Under the pieces are notes generated by a model. The model was not told the DNA's origin, searched no databases, and saw only the letters and a program-made list of their open reading frames with translations. Made by a program: the position numbers and the translations under genes. From the human T2T-CHM13v2.0 reference genome, Homo sapiens, in assembly GCF_009914755.1 (NCBI RefSeq), contig NC_060948.1: DNA of 64,000 nt; one strand, written 5' to 3'. Below, in pieces: positions 21,639 to 40,999 of this stretch. Within the stretch, counting starts at the first letter, position 1, and each line of letters opens with the position of its first letter.

Positions 21639-23765
21639 AGATCCATACTTTTTAAATGAAAAAAAATTTCAAAGGTACTCTGCTTGGTACAATAATCAAA
21701 TGTATAAACTGAGGAATAAAACATAACCATGAAACCTACTTATAACTGCATATGGAAAATACAGAGGATAATTTTTTAAATAACGTATTATGAAAGCCTT
21801 AACTAGTAATTTGAAGAGTTGGCATTTGAAAGGCCAGTATGAATATACCTTCAAAGCAGCAACACAGGTTCCCCATGAGAAAAAGCAAACACAGGGAAAA
21901 TAAAAACACAAAGGTTCAATCTCTTCTGACCTTTGAAAGACACAGCACAGACAGTGGTCCTTAGGACGAAGAGCAGGAGACCCCTAATTCCGTCACCATG
22001 GCGATAGGGCATAAACATTGCTGGGTGAGGGCACAATCCACATTGTGAGGTCCAACTGCTGCCAGGAAGACAGGAGTGCTTTTACATAGACCGAAAGGTC
22101 ATTGAAGGCTCAGAGTTTTGTTTCAAGAACTGAATCCCAAGCCCACACGTTATTAGGCTGCGCTTCTTAAAACAAGTTATGAGATGGGAAAAAGGGCACC
22201 CACAAACATACGTATACATTATGTATATAATAATATACAGTATCATATATATAATATATATAACCTATGTATAATATTGTTTTACATCCTGCATCTTATG
22301 TTATATATATTGTATAAAATATAATAATTGATAATATATAAGTTTTATAATTATACAATATGACATATATTATATATTATAATTTATGACATATATAATA
22401 TATGTTATATATCATATATAGAATATATTATACGGTTAATATATGTATTAAATATAAATTATACATTATATATATTATATATAGTATATCTGTTATATAT
22501 AATACCCATTATGCATAATATATATATTATGTCTATGTTATATATAGTATAAAACAACATATAATAATATATAATTGTATATATAAAATGCGACATATAA
22601 TATATATTATATTTTATAACATATGTAATATATATTATATATTATATATAATACGTTGTATGTATAATACCTATATTAAATATATATTATATGACTATGT
22701 TATTAATTACATGTCACATATGTTGTATATTATATATTTTACATAGAATATACCGGTTACATACAATATATACTATGTTACCTATAATGTATAATTTATT
22801 ACATGTAAAATAAAGAATGCAATATATTATGTAAAATTTATAACATACAATATGTGGAATGTGATATATATAACATATAATATATGATATATGATATACA
22901 GTATATGATATATAACATAAAATATATGATTCCTAATATATATGGTATACAATATATATTTTATGATATGTATTCTCTATGTTTTATATTCTGTTATATA
23001 TAACTATTTGAAATTATATATAACTGTATAATATTTTATTTAAATATGTAATATAATATATATAACTATATAATATATTATATATAACTATATATTATGT
23101 TATATATACTTTTATAACATAATTTACATAAAATATCATAATATAATATATATTATATTATTTCATATTACATAATATATATTACATATCACCCAATATA
23201 ACTAACATACATAATATTATAATATAGATTATATTGTGTAATATTAAATATCATATATATCATGTATCATATATTGTATAATATATATTACACATTATAT
23301 AATATGTATGTTGTCTATTATGTGATATATATAACTATATATATAATTATATTTTTTACATATAACTAGATAAACATGTAATTCTACATATTTTCATTTG
23401 TAATATGTAGAATTATATAATCATATATAATTATTTATATTGTATAAAAAATTTTATCATTATATAAATTATAATATATAAAAATTATAATATGTACTAC
23501 AAATATATATATTATATATCATATATGATATAGTACCTTTGTTATATATCATAATACATATAAATGTGTATTATGTTATCTATAATTATATAATTTCATA
23601 TATAAGATGTATAATATGTATCATATATTATATATGTTATGTAATATATATAGTATATATAAGATGACACAGGATAAATATTATATACTATGACATATAA
23701 AATATATGAGGTTATATGTTACATATAAGGCATAGCACATATCATGTAATATATATCATATATAA

Positions 23766-24057
23766 TTTTTTTTTAGACAGAATCTTGTCCTGTTGCACAG
23801 GGTGGGGTACAATGGCGCCATCTTTGCTCACTGCAACTTCTGCCTCACGGGTCCAAGCGATTGTCCTCCCTCAGCCTTCCAGGTAGCTGGGACTACACCA
23901 CACTGGGACTACACCAGCTGCCACCATGCCTAGCTAATTTTTTGGATTTTTAGTAGTGACAGCGTTTCACTGTATTGGCCAGGATGGTCTTGATCTCTTC
24001 ACCTTGTGATCCCCTTGCCTTGGCCTCCAAATTTGCTGGGATTACAGGCCTGAGCCA
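23766..24057 (-). mobile_element. Decayed Alu, unit 10
   Basis: Near-identical copy (CAGCCTTCC variant). Confidence 0.93.
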
Positions 24058-26164
24058 AGATCCATATTTTTTAAATGAAAAAAAATTTCAAAGGTACTCT
24101 GCTTGGTACAATAATCAAATGTATAAACTGAGGAATAAAACATAACCATGAAACCTACTTATAACTGCATATGGAAAATACAGAGGATAATTTTTTAAAT
24201 AACATATTTTGAAAGCCTTAACTAGTAATTTGAAGAGTTGGCATTTGAAAGGCCAGTATGAATATACCTTCAAAGCAGCAACACAGGTTCCCCATGAGAA
24301 AAAGCAAACTCAGGGAAAATAAAAACACAAAGGTTCAATCTCTTCTGACCTTTGAAAGACACAGCACAGACAGTGGTCCTTAGGACGAAGAGCAGGAGAC
24401 CCCTAATTCCGTCACCATGGCGATAGGGCATAAACATTGCTGGGTGAGCGCACAATCCACATTGTGAGGTCCAACTGCTGCCAGGAAGACAGGCGTGCTT
24501 TTACATAGACCGAAAGGTCATTGAAGGCTCAGAGTTTAGTTTCAAGAACTGAATCCCAAGCCCACACGTTATTAGGCTGCGCTTCTTAAAACAAGTTATG
24601 AGATGGGAAAAAGGGCACCCACAAACATACGTATACATTATGTATATAATAATATACAGTGTCATATATATAATATATATAACCTATGTATAATATTGTT
24701 TTACATCCTGCATCTTATGTTATATATATTGTATAAAATATAATTATTGATAATATATAAGTTTTATAATTATGCTACATGACATATAGTATATATTATA
24801 ATTTATGACATATATAATATATGTTATATATCATATATAGAATATATTATACGGTTAATATACGTATTAAATATAAATTATACATTATATATATTATATA
24901 TAATATATCTGTTATATATAATACCCATTATGCATAATATATATATTATGTCTATGTTATATATAGTATAAAACAACATATAATAATATATAATTGTATA
25001 TATAAAATGCGACATATAATATATATTATATTTTATAACATATGTAATATATATTATATATTATATATAATACGTTGTATGTATAATACCTATATTAATT
25101 ATATATTATATGACTATGTTATTAATTACATGTCACATGTGTTATATATTATATATTTTACATAGAATATACCGGTTACATACAATATATACTATGTTAC
25201 CTATAATGTATAATTTATTACATGTAAAATAAAGAATGCAATATATTATGTATAATTTATAATATACAATATGTGGAATGTGATATATATAACATATAAT
25301 ATATGATATATGATATACAGTATATGATATATAACATACAATATATGATTCCTAATATATATGGTATACAATATATATTTTATGATATGTATTCTATATG
25401 TTTTATATTCTGTTATATAAAACTATTTGAAATTATATATAACTGTATAATATTTTATGTAAATATGTAATGTAATATATATAACTATATAATATATTAT
25501 ATATAACTATATATTATGTTATATATACTTTTATAACATAATTTACATAAAATATCATAATATAATATATATTATATTATTTCATATTACATAATATATA
25601 TTTCATATCACCCAAGATAACTAACATACATAATATTATAATATAGATTATATTATGTTATATTAAATATCATATATATCATGTATCATATATTCTATAA
25701 TATATATTACACATTATATAATATGTATGTTGTCTATTATGTGATATATATAACTATATATATAATTATATTTTTATACATATAACTAGATAAACATGTA
25801 ATTCTACATATTTTCATTTATAATATGTAGAATTATATAATCATATATAATTATTTATATTCTATAAAAAATTTTATCATTATATAAATTATAATATATA
25901 AAAATTATAATATGTACTACAAATATATATATATTATATATCATATATGATATAGTACCTTTGTTATATATCATAATACATATAAATGTGTATTATGTTA
26001 TCTATAATTATATAATTTCATATATAAGATGTATAATATGTATCATATATTATATATGTTATGTAATATATATAGTATATATAAGATGACACAGGATAAA
26101 TATTATATACTATGACATATAAAATATATGAGGTTATATGTTACATATAAGGCATAGCACATAA

Positions 26165-26479
<315 letters not shown>

Positions 26480-28606
26480 AGATCCATACTTTTTAAATGA
26501 AAAAAAATTTCAAAGGTACTCTGCTTGGTACAATAATCAAATGTATAAACTGAGGAATAAAACATAACCATGAAACCTACTTATAACTGCATATGGAAAA
26601 TACAGAGGATAATTTTTTAAATAACGTATTATGAAAGCCTTAACTAGTAATTTGAAGAGTTGGCATTTGAAAGGCCAGTATGAATATACCTTCAAAGCAG
26701 CAACACAGGTTCCCCATGAGAAAAAGCAAACACAGGGAAAATAAAAACACAAAGGTTCAATCTCTTCTGACCTTTGAAAGACACAGCACAGACAGTGGTC
26801 CTTAGGACGAAGAGCAGGAGACCCCTAATTCCGTCACCATGGCGATAGGGCATAAACATTGCTGGGTGAGGGCACAATCCACATTGTGAGGTCCAACTGC
26901 TGCCAGGAAGACAGGAGTGCTTTTACATAGACCGAAAGGTCATTGAAGGCTCAGAGTTTTGTTTCAAGAACTGAATCCCAAGCCCACACGTTATTAGGCT
27001 GCGCTTCTTAAAACAAGTTATGAGATGGGAAAAAGGGCACCCACAAACATACGTATACATTATGTATATAATAATATACAGTATCATATATATAATATAT
27101 ATAACCTATGTATAATATTGTTTTACATCCTGCATCTTATGTTATATATATTGTATAAAATATAATAATTGATAATATATAAGTTTTATAATTATACAAT
27201 ATGACATATATTATATATTATAATTTATGACATATATAATATATGTTATATATCATATATAGAATATATTATACGGTTAATATATGTATTAAATATAAAT
27301 TATACATTATATATATTATATATAGTATATCTGTTATATATAATACCCATTATGCATAATATATATATTATGTCTATGTTATATATAGTATAAAACAACA
27401 TATAATAATATATAATTGTATATATAAAATGCGACATATAATATATATTATATTTTATAACATATGTAATATATATTATATATTATATATAATACGTTGT
27501 ATGTATAATACCTATATTAAATATATATTATATGACTATGTTATTAATTACATGTCACATATGTTGTATATTATATATTTTACATAGAATATACCGGTTA
27601 CATACAATATATACTATGTTACCTATAATGTATAATTTATTACATGTAAAATAAAGAATGCAATATATTATGTAAAATTTATAACATACAATATGTGGAA
27701 TGTGATATATATAACATATAATATATGATATATGATATACAGTATATGATATATAACATAAAATATATGATTCCTAATATATATGGTATACAATATATAT
27801 TTTATGATATGTATTCTCTATGTTTTATATTCTGTTATATATAACTATTTGAAATTATATATAACTGTATAATATTTTATTTAAATATGTAATATAATAT
27901 ATATAACTATATAATATATTATATATAACTATATATTATGTTATATATACTTTTATAACATAATTTACATAAAATATCATAATATAATATATATTATATT
28001 ATTTCATATTACATAATATATATTACATATCACCCAATATAACTAACATACATAATATTATAATATAGATTATATTGTGTAATATTAAATATCATATATA
28101 TCATGTATCATATATTGTATAATATATATTACACATTATATAATATGTATGTTGTCTATTATGTGATATATATAACTATATATATAATTATATTTTTTAC
28201 ATATAACTAGATAAACATGTAATTCTACATATTTTCATTTGTAATATGTAGAATTATATAATCATATATAATTATTTATATTGTATAAAAAATTTTATCA
28301 TTATATAAATTATAATATATAAAAATTATAATATGTACTACAAATATATATATTATATATCATATATGATATAGTACCTTTGTTATATATCATAATACAT
28401 ATAAATGTGTATTATGTTATCTATAATTATATAATTTCATATATAAGATGTATAATATGTATCATATATTATATATGTTATGTAATATATATAGTATATA
28501 TAAGATGACACAGGATAAATATTATATACTATGACATATAAAATATATGAGGTTATATGTTACATATAAGGCATAGCACATATCATGTAATATATATCAT
28601 ATATAA

Positions 28607-28898
28607 TTTTTTTTTAGACAGAATCTTGTCCTGTTGCACAGGGTGGGGTACAATGGCGCCATCTTTGCTCACTGCAACTTCTGCCTCACGGGTCCAAGCG
28701 ATTGTCCTCCCTCAGCCTTCCAGGTAGCTGGGACTACACCACACTGGGACTACACCAGCTGCCACCATGCCTAGCTAATTTTTTGGATTTTTAGTAGTGA
28801 CAGCGTTTCACTGTATTGGCCAGGATGGTCTTGATCTCTTCACCTTGTGATCCCCTTGCCTTGGCCTCCAAATTTGCTGGGATTACAGGCCTGAGCCA
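28607..28898 (-). mobile_element. Decayed Alu, unit 12
   Basis: Near-identical copy (CAGCCTTCC variant). Confidence 0.93.
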
Positions 28899-31005
28899 AG
28901 ATCCATATTTTTTAAATGAAAAAAAATTTCAAAGGTACTCTGCTTGGTACAATAATCAAATGTATAAACTGAGGAATAAAACATAACCATGAAACCTACT
29001 TATAACTGCATATGGAAAATACAGAGGATAATTTTTTAAATAACATATTTTGAAAGCCTTAACTAGTAATTTGAAGAGTTGGCATTTGAAAGGCCAGTAT
29101 GAATATACCTTCAAAGCAGCAACACAGGTTCCCCATGAGAAAAAGCAAACTCAGGGAAAATAAAAACACAAAGGTTCAATCTCTTCTGACCTTTGAAAGA
29201 CACAGCACAGACAGTGGTCCTTAGGACGAAGAGCAGGAGACCCCTAATTCCGTCACCATGGCGATAGGGCATAAACATTGCTGGGTGAGCGCACAATCCA
29301 CATTGTGAGGTCCAACTGCTGCCAGGAAGACAGGCGTGCTTTTACATAGACCGAAAGGTCATTGAAGGCTCAGAGTTTAGTTTCAAGAACTGAATCCCAA
29401 GCCCACACGTTATTAGGCTGCGCTTCTTAAAACAAGTTATGAGATGGGAAAAAGGGCACCCACAAACATACGTATACATTATGTATATAATAATATACAG
29501 TGTCATATATATAATATATATAACCTATGTATAATATTGTTTTACATCCTGCATCTTATGTTATATATATTGTATAAAATATAATTATTGATAATATATA
29601 AGTTTTATAATTATGCTACATGACATATAGTATATATTATAATTTATGACATATATAATATATGTTATATATCATATATAGAATATATTATACGGTTAAT
29701 ATACGTATTAAATATAAATTATACATTATATATATTATATATAATATATCTGTTATATATAATACCCATTATGCATAATATATATATTATGTCTATGTTA
29801 TATATAGTATAAAACAACATATAATAATATATAATTGTATATATAAAATGCGACATATAATATATATTATATTTTATAACATATGTAATATATATTATAT
29901 ATTATATATAATACGTTGTATGTATAATACCTATATTAATTATATATTATATGACTATGTTATTAATTACATGTCACATGTGTTATATATTATATATTTT
30001 ACATAGAATATACCGGTTACATACAATATATACTATGTTACCTATAATGTATAATTTATTACATGTAAAATAAAGAATGCAATATAGTATGTATAATTTA
30101 TAATATACAATATGTGGAATGTGATATATATAACATATAATATATGATATATGATATACAGTATATGATATATAACATACAATATATGATTCCTAATATA
30201 TATGGTATACAATATATATTTTATGATATGTATTCTATATGTTTTATATTCTGTTATATATAACTATTTGAAATTATATATAACTGTATAATATTTTATG
30301 TAAATATGTAATGTAATATATATAACTATATAATATATTATATATAACTATATATTATGTTATATATACTTTTATAACATAATTTACATAAAATATCATA
30401 ATATAATATATATTATATTATTTCATATTACATAATATATATTTCATATCACCCAAGATAACTAACATACATAATATTATAATATAGATTATATTATGTT
30501 ATATTAAATATCATATATATCATGTATCATATATTCTATAATATATATTACACATTATATAATATGTATGTTGTCTATTATGTGATATATATAACTATAT
30601 ATATAATTATATTTTTATACATATAACTAGATAAACATGTAATTCTACATATTTTCATTTATAATATGTAGAATTATATAATCATATATAATTATTTATA
30701 TTCTATAAAAAATTTTATCATTATATAAATTATAATATATAAAAATTATAATATGTACTACAAATATATATATATTATATATCATATATGATATAGTACC
30801 TTTGTTATATATCATAATACATATAAATGTGTATTATGTTATCTATAATTATATAATTTCATATATAAGATGTATAATATGTATCATATATTATATATGT
30901 TATGTAATATATATAGTATATATAAGATGACACAGGATAAATATTATATACTATGACATATAAAATATATGAGGTTATATGTTACATATAAGGCATAGCA
31001 CATAA

Positions 31006-31320
<315 letters not shown>

Positions 31321-33447
31321 AGATCCATACTTTTTAAATGAAAAAAAATTTCAAAGGTACTCTGCTTGGTACAATAATCAAATGTATAAACTGAGGAATA
31401 AAACATAACCATGAAACCTACTTATAACTGCATATGGAAAATACAGAGGATAATTTTTTAAATAACGTATTATGAAAGCCTTAACTAGTAATTTGAAGAG
31501 TTGGCATTTGAAAGGCCAGTATGAATATACCTTCAAAGCAGCAACACAGGTTCCCCATGAGAAAAAGCAAACACAGGGAAAATAAAAACACAAAGGTTCA
31601 ATCTCTTCTGACCTTTGAAAGACACAGCACAGACAGTGGTCCTTAGGACGAAGAGCAGGAGACCCCTAATTCCGTCACCATGGCGATAGGGCATAAACAT
31701 TGCTGGGTGAGGGCACAATCCACATTGTGAGGTCCAACTGCTGCCAGGAAGACAGGAGTGCTTTTACATAGACCGAAAGGTCATTGAAGGCTCAGAGTTT
31801 TGTTTCAAGAACTGAATCCCAAGCCCACACGTTATTAGGCTGCGCTTCTTAAAACAAGTTATGAGATGGGAAAAAGGGCACCCACAAACATACGTATACA
31901 TTATGTATATAATAATATACAGTGTCATATATATAATATATATAACCTATGTATAATATTGTTTTACATCCTGCATCTTATGTTATATATATTGTATAAA
32001 ATATAATAATTGATAATATATAAGTTTTATAATTATACAATATGACATATATTATATATTATAATTTATGACATATATAATATATGTTATATATCATATA
32101 TAGAATATATTATACGGTTAATATATGTATTAAATATAAATTATACATTATATATATTATATATAGTATATCTGTTATATATAATACCCATTATGCATAA
32201 TATATATATTATGTCTATGTTATATATAGTATAAAACAACATATAATAATATATAATTGTATATATAAAATGCGACATATAATATATATTATATTTTATA
32301 ACATATGTAATATATATTATATATTATATATAATACGTTGTATGTATAATACCTATATTAAATATATATTATATGACTATGTTATTAATTACATGTCACA
32401 TATGTTGTATATTATATATTTTACATAGAATATACCGGTTACATACAATATATACTATGTTACCTATAATGTATAATTTATTACATGTAAAATAAAGAAT
32501 GCAATATATTATGTAAAATTTATAACATACAATATGTGGAATGTGATATATATAACATATAATATATGATATATGATATACAGTATATGATATATAACAT
32601 ACAATATATGATTCCTAATATATATGGTATACAATATATATTTTATGATATGTATTCTCTATGTTTTATATTCTGTTATATATAACTATTTGAAATTATA
32701 TATAACTGTATAATATTTTATTTAAATATGTAATATAATATATATAACTATATAATATATTATATATAACTATATATTATGTTATATATACTTTTATAAC
32801 ATAATTTACATAAAATATCATAATATAATATATATTATATTATTTCATATTACATAATATATATTACATATCACCCAATATAACTAACATACATAATATT
32901 ATAATATAGATTATATTGTGTAATATTAAATATCATATATATCATGTATCATATATTGTATAATATATATTACACATTATATAATATGTATGTTGTCTAT
33001 TATGTGATATATATAACTATATATATAATTATATTTTTTACATATAACTAGATAAACATGTAATTCTACATATTTTCATTTGTAATATGTAGAATTATAT
33101 AATCATATATAATTATTTATATTGTATAAAAAATTTTATCATTATATAAATTATAATATATAAAAATTATAATATGTACTACAAATATATATATTATATA
33201 TCATATATGATATAGTACCTTTGTTATATATCATAATACATATAAATGTGTATTATGTTATCTATAATTATATAATTTCATATATAAGATGTATAATATG
33301 TATCATATATTATATATGTTATGTAATATATATAGTATATATAAGATGACACAGGATAAATATTATATACTATGACATATAAAATATATGAGGTTATATG
33401 TTACATATAAGGCATAGCACATATCATGTAATATATATCATATATAA

Positions 33448-33739
33448 TTTTTTTTTAGACAGAATCTTGTCCTGTTGCACAGGGTGGGGTACAATGGCGC
33501 CATCTTTGCTCACTGCAACTTCTGCCTCACGGGTCCAAGCGATTGTCCTCCCTCAGCCTTCCAGGTAGCTGGGACTACACCACACTGGGACTACACCAGC
33601 TGCCACCATGCCTAGCTAATTTTTTGGATTTTTAGTAGTGACAGCGTTTCACTGTATTGGCCAGGATGGTCTTGATCTCTTCACCTTGTGATCCCCTTGC
33701 CTTGGCCTCCAAATTTGCTGGGATTACAGGCCTGAGCCA
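33448..33739 (-). mobile_element. Decayed Alu, unit 14
   Basis: Near-identical copy (CAGCCTTCC variant). Confidence 0.93.
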
Positions 33740-35846
33740 AGATCCATATTTTTTAAATGAAAAAAAATTTCAAAGGTACTCTGCTTGGTACAATAATCAA
33801 ATGTATAAACTGAGGAATAAAACATAACCATGAAACCTACTTATAACTGCATATGGAAAATACAGAGGATAATTTTTTAAATAACATATTTTGAAAGCCT
33901 TAACTAGTAATTTGAAGAGTTGGCATTTGAAAGGCCAGTATGAATATACCTTCAAAGCAGCAACACAGGTTCCCCATGAGAAAAAGCAAACTCAGGGAAA
34001 ATAAAAACACAAAGGTTCAATCTCTTCTGACCTTTGAAAGACACAGCACAGACAGTGGTCCTTAGGACGAAGAGCAGGAGACCCCTAATTCCGTCACCAT
34101 GGCGATAGGGCATAAACATTGCTGGGTGAGGGCACAATCCACATTGTGAGGTCCAACTGCTGCCAGGAAGACAGGCGTGCTTTTACATAGACCGAAAGGT
34201 CATTGAAGGCTCAGAGTTTTGTTTCAAGAACTGAATCCCAAGCCCACACGTTATTAGGCTGCGCTTCTTAAAACAAGTTATGAGATGGGAAAAAGGGCAC
34301 CCACAAACATACGTATACATTATGTATATAATAATATACAGTGTCATATATATAATATATATAACCTATGTATAATATTGTTTTACATCCTGCATCTTAT
34401 GTTATATATATTGTATAAAATATAATTATTGATAATATATAAGTTTTATAATTATGCTACATGACATATAGTATATATTATAATTTATGACATATATAAT
34501 ATATGTTATATATCATATATAGAATATATTATACGGTTAATATACGTATTAAATATAAATTATACATTATATATATTATATATAATATATCTGTTATATA
34601 TAATACACATTATGCATAATATATATATTATGTCTATGTTATATATAGTATAAAACAACATATAATAATATATAATTGTATATATAAAATGCGACATATA
34701 ATATATATTATATTTTATAACATATGTAATATATATTATATATTATATATAATACGTTGTATGTATAATACCTATATTAAATATATATTATATGACTATG
34801 TTATTAATTACATGTCACATGTGTTATATATTATATATTTTACATAGAATATACCGGTTACATACAATATATACTATGTTACCTATAATGTATAATTTAT
34901 TACATGTAAAATAAAGAATGCAATATATTATGTATAATTTATAATATACAATATGTGGAATGTGATATATATAACATATAATATATGATATATGATATAC
35001 AGTATATGATATATAACATACAATATATGATTCCTAATATATATGGTATACAATATATATTTTATGATATGTATTCTATATGTTTTATATTCTGTTATAT
35101 ATAACTATTTGAAATTATATATAACTGTATAATATTTTATGTAAATATGTAATGTAATATATATAACTATATAATATATTATATATAACTATATATTATG
35201 TTATATATACTTTTATAACATAATTTACATAAAATATCATAATATAATATATATTATATTATTTCATATTACATAATATATATTTCATATCACCCAAGAT
35301 AACTAACATACATAATATTATAATATAGATTATATTATGTTATATTAAATATCATATATATCATGTATCATATATTCTATAATATATATTACACATTATA
35401 TAATATGTATGTTGTCTATTATGTGATATATATAACTATATATATAATTATATTTTTATACATATAACTAGATAAACATGTAATTCTACATATTTTCATT
35501 TATAATATGTAGAATTATATAATCATATATAATTATTTATATTCTATAAAAAATTTTATCATTATATAAATTATAATATATAAAAATTATAATATGTACT
35601 ACAAATATATATATATTATATATCATATATGATATAGTACCTTTGTTATATATCATAATACATATAAATGTGTATTATGTTATCTATAATTATATAATTT
35701 CATATATAAGATGTATAATATGTATCATATATTATATATGTTATGTAATATATATAGTATATATAAGATGACACAGGATAAATATTATATACTATGACAT
35801 ATAAAATATATGAGGTTATATGTTACATATAAGGCATAGCACATAA

Positions 35847-36161
<315 letters not shown>

Positions 36162-38288
36162 AGATCCATACTTTTTAAATGAAAAAAAATTTCAAAGGTA
36201 CTCTGCTTGGTACAATAATCAAATGTATAAACTGAGGAATAAAACATAACCATGAAACCTACTTATAACTGCATATGGAAAATACAGAGGATAATTTTTT
36301 AAATAACGTATTATGAAAGCCTTAACTAGTAATTTGAAGAGTTGGCATTTGAAAGGCCAGTATGAATATACCTTCAAAGCAGCAACACAGGTTCCCCATG
36401 AGAAAAAGCAAACACAGGGAAAATAAAAACACAAAGGTTCAATCTCTTCTGACCTTTGAAAGACACAGCACAGACAGTGGTCCTTAGGACGAAGAGCAGG
36501 AGACCCCTAATTCCGTCACCATGGCGATAGGGCATAAACATTGCTGGGTGAGGGCACAATCCACATTGTGAGGTCCAACTGCTGCCAGGAAGACAGGAGT
36601 GCTTTTACATAGACCGAAAGGTCATTGAAGGCTCAGAGTTTTGTTTCAAGAACTGAATCCCAAGCCCACACGTTATTAGGCTGCGCTTCTTAAAACAAGT
36701 TATGAGATGGGAAAAAGGGCACCCACAAACATACGTATACATTATGTATATAATAATATACAGTATCATATATATAATATATATAACCTATGTATAATAT
36801 TGTTTTACATCCTGCATCTTATGTTATATATATTGTATAAAATATAATAATTGATAATATATAAGTTTTATAATTATACAATATGACATATATTATATAT
36901 TATAATTTATGACATATATAATATATGTTATATATCATATATAGAATATATTATACGGTTAATATATGTATTAAATATAAATTATACATTATATATATTA
37001 TATATAGTATATCTGTTATATATAATACCCATTATGCATAATATATATATTATGTCTATGTTATATATAGTATAAAACAACATATAATAATATATAATTG
37101 TATATATAAAATGCGACATATAATATATATTATATTTTATAACATATGTAATATATATTATATATTATATATAATACGTTGTATGTATAATACCTATATT
37201 AAATATATATTATATGACTATGTTATTAATTACATGTCACATATGTTGTATATTATATATTTTACATAGAATATACCGGTTACATACAATATATACTATG
37301 TTACCTATAATGTATAATTTATTACATGTAAAATAAAGAATGCAATATATTATGTAAAATTTATAACATACAATATGTGGAATGTGATATATATAACATA
37401 TAATATATGATATATGATATACAGTATATGATATATAACATAAAATATATGATTCCTAATATATATGGTATACAATATATATTTTATGATATGTATTCTC
37501 TATGTTTTATATTCTGTTATATATAACTATTTGAAATTATATATAACTGTATAATATTTTATTTAAATATGTAATATAATATATATAACTATATAATATA
37601 TTATATATAACTATATATTATGTTATATATACTTTTATAACATAATTTACATAAAATATCATAATATAATATATATTATATTATTTCATATTACATAATA
37701 TATATTACATATCACCCAATATAACTAACATACATAATATTATAATATAGATTATATTGTGTAATATTAAATATCATATATATCATGTATCATATATTGT
37801 ATAATATATATTACACATTATATAATATGTATGTTGTCTATTATGTGATATATATAACTATATATATAATTATATTTTTTACATATAACTAGATAAACAT
37901 GTAATTCTACATATTTTCATTTGTAATATGTAGAATTATATAATCATATATAATTATTTATATTGTATAAAAAATTTTATCATTATATAAATTATAATAT
38001 ATAAAAATTATAATATGTACTACAAATATATATATTATATATCATATATGATATAGTACCTTTGTTATATATCATAATACATATAAATGTGTATTATGTT
38101 ATCTATAATTATATAATTTCATATATAAGATGTATAATATGTATCATATATTATATATGTTATGTAATATATATAGTATATATAAGATGACACAGGATAA
38201 ATATTATATACTATGACATATAAAATATATGAGGTTATATGTTACATATAAGGCATAGCACATATCATGTAATATATATCATATATAA

Positions 38289-38580
38289 TTTTTTTTTAGA
38301 CAGAATCTTGTCCTGTTGCACAGGGTGGGGTACAATGGCGCCATCTTTGCTCACTGCAACTTCTGCCTCACGGGTCCAAGCGATTGTCCTCCCTCAGCCT
38401 TCCAGGTAGCTGGGACTACACCACACTGGGACTACACCAGCTGCCACCATGCCTAGCTAATTTTTTGGATTTTTAGTAGTGACAGCGTTTCACTGTATTG
38501 GCCAGGATGGTCTTGATCTCTTCACCTTGTGATCCCCTTGCCTTGGCCTCCAAATTTGCTGGGATTACAGGCCTGAGCCA
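38289..38580 (-). mobile_element. Decayed Alu, unit 16
   Basis: Near-identical copy (CAGCCTTCC variant). Confidence 0.93.
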
Positions 38581-40707
38581 AGATCCATATTTTTTAAATG
38601 AAAAAAAATTTCAAAGGTACTCTGCTTGGTACAATAATCAAATGTATAAACTGAGGAATAAAACATAACCATGAAACCTACTTATAACTGCATATGGAAA
38701 ATACAGAGGATAATTTTTTAAATAACATATTTTGAAAGCCTTAACTAGTAATTTGAAGAGTTGGCATTTGAAAGGCCAGTATGAATATACCTTCAAAGCA
38801 GCAACACAGGTTCCCCATGAGAAAAAGCAAACTCAGGGAAAATAAAAACACAAAGGTTCAATCTCTTCTGACCTTTGAAAGACACAGCACAGACAGTGGT
38901 CCTTAGGACGAAGAGCAGGAGACCCCTAATTCCGTCACCATGGCGATAGGGCATAAACATTGCTGGGTGAGCGCACAATCCACATTGTGAGGTCCAACTG
39001 CTGCCAGGAAGACAGGCGTGCTTTTACATAGACCGAAAGGTCATTGAAGGCTCAGAGTTTAGTTTCAAGAACTGAATCCCAAGCCCACACGTTATTAGGC
39101 TGCGCTTCTTAAAACAAGTTATGAGATGGGAAAAAGGGCACCCACAAACATACGTATACATTATGTATATAATAATATACAGTGTCATATATATAATATA
39201 TATAACCTATGTATAATATTGTTTTACATCCTGCATCTTATGTTATATATATTGTATAAAATATAATTATTGATAATATATAAGTTTTATAATTATGCTA
39301 CATGACATATAGTATATATTATAATTTATGACATATATAATATATGTTATATATCATATATAGAATATATTATACGGTTAATATACGTATTAAATATAAA
39401 TTATACATTATATATATTATATATAATATATCTGTTATATATAATACCCATTATGCATAATATATATATTATGTCTATGTTATATATAGTATAAAACAAC
39501 ATATAATAATATATAATTGTATATATAAAATGCGACATATAATATATATTATATTTTATAACATATGTAATATATATTATATATTATATATAATACGTTG
39601 TATGTATAATACCTATATTAATTATATATTATATGACTATGTTATTAATTACATGTCACATGTGTTATATATTATATATTTTACATAGAATATACCGGTT
39701 ACATACAATATATACTATGTTACCTATAATGTATAATTTATTACATGTAAAATAAAGAATGCAATATAGTATGTATAATTTATAATATACAATATGTGGA
39801 ATGTGATATATATAACATATAATATATGATATATGATATACAGTATATGATATATAACATACAATATATGATTCCTAATATATATGGTATACAATATATA
39901 TTTTATGATATGTATTCTATATGTTTTATATTCTGTTATATATAACTATTTGAAATTATATATAACTGTATAAAATTTTATGTAAATATGTAATATAATA
40001 TATATAACTATATAATATATTATATATAACTATATATTATGTTATATATACTTTTATAACATAATTTACATAAAATATCATAATATAATATATATTATAT
40101 TATTTCATATTACATAATATATATTACATATCACCCAATATAACTAACATACATAATATTATAATATAGATTATATTGTGTAATATTAAATATCATATAT
40201 ATCATGTATCATATATTGTATAATATATATTACACATTATATAATATGTATGTTGTCTATTATGTGATATATATAACTATATATATAATTATATTTTTTA
40301 CATATAACTAGATAAACATGTAATTCTACATATTTTCATTTGTAATATGTAGAATTATATAATCATATATAATTATTTATATTGTATAAAAAATTTTATC
40401 ATTATATAAATTATAATATATAAAAATTATAATATGTACTACAAATATATATATTGTATATCATATATGATATAGTACCTTTGTTATATATCATAATACA
40501 TATAAATGTGTATTATGTTATCTATAATTATATAATTTCATATATAAGATGTATAATATGTATCATATATTATATATGTTATGTAATATATATAGTATAT
40601 ATAAGATGACACAGGATAAATATTATATACTATGACATATAAAATATATGAGGTTATATGTTACATATAAGGCATAGCACATATCATGTAATATATATCA
40701 TATATAA

Positions 40708-40999
40708 TTTTTTTTTAGACAGAATCTTGTCCTGTTGCACAGGGTGGGGTACAATGGCGCCATCTTTGCTCACTGCAACTTCTGCCTCACGGGTCCAAGC
40801 GATTGTCCTCCCTCAGCCTCCCAGGTAGCTGGGACTACACCACACTGGGACTACACCAGCTGCCACCATGCCTAGCTAATTTTTTGGATTTTTAGTAGTG
40901 ACAGCGTTTCACTGTATTGGCCAGGATGGTCTTGATCTCTTCACCTTGTGATCCCCTTGCCTTGGCCTCCAAATTTGCTGGGATTACAGGCCTGAGCCA
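40708..40999 (-). mobile_element. Decayed Alu, unit 17
   Basis: Near-identical copy. Confidence 0.93.
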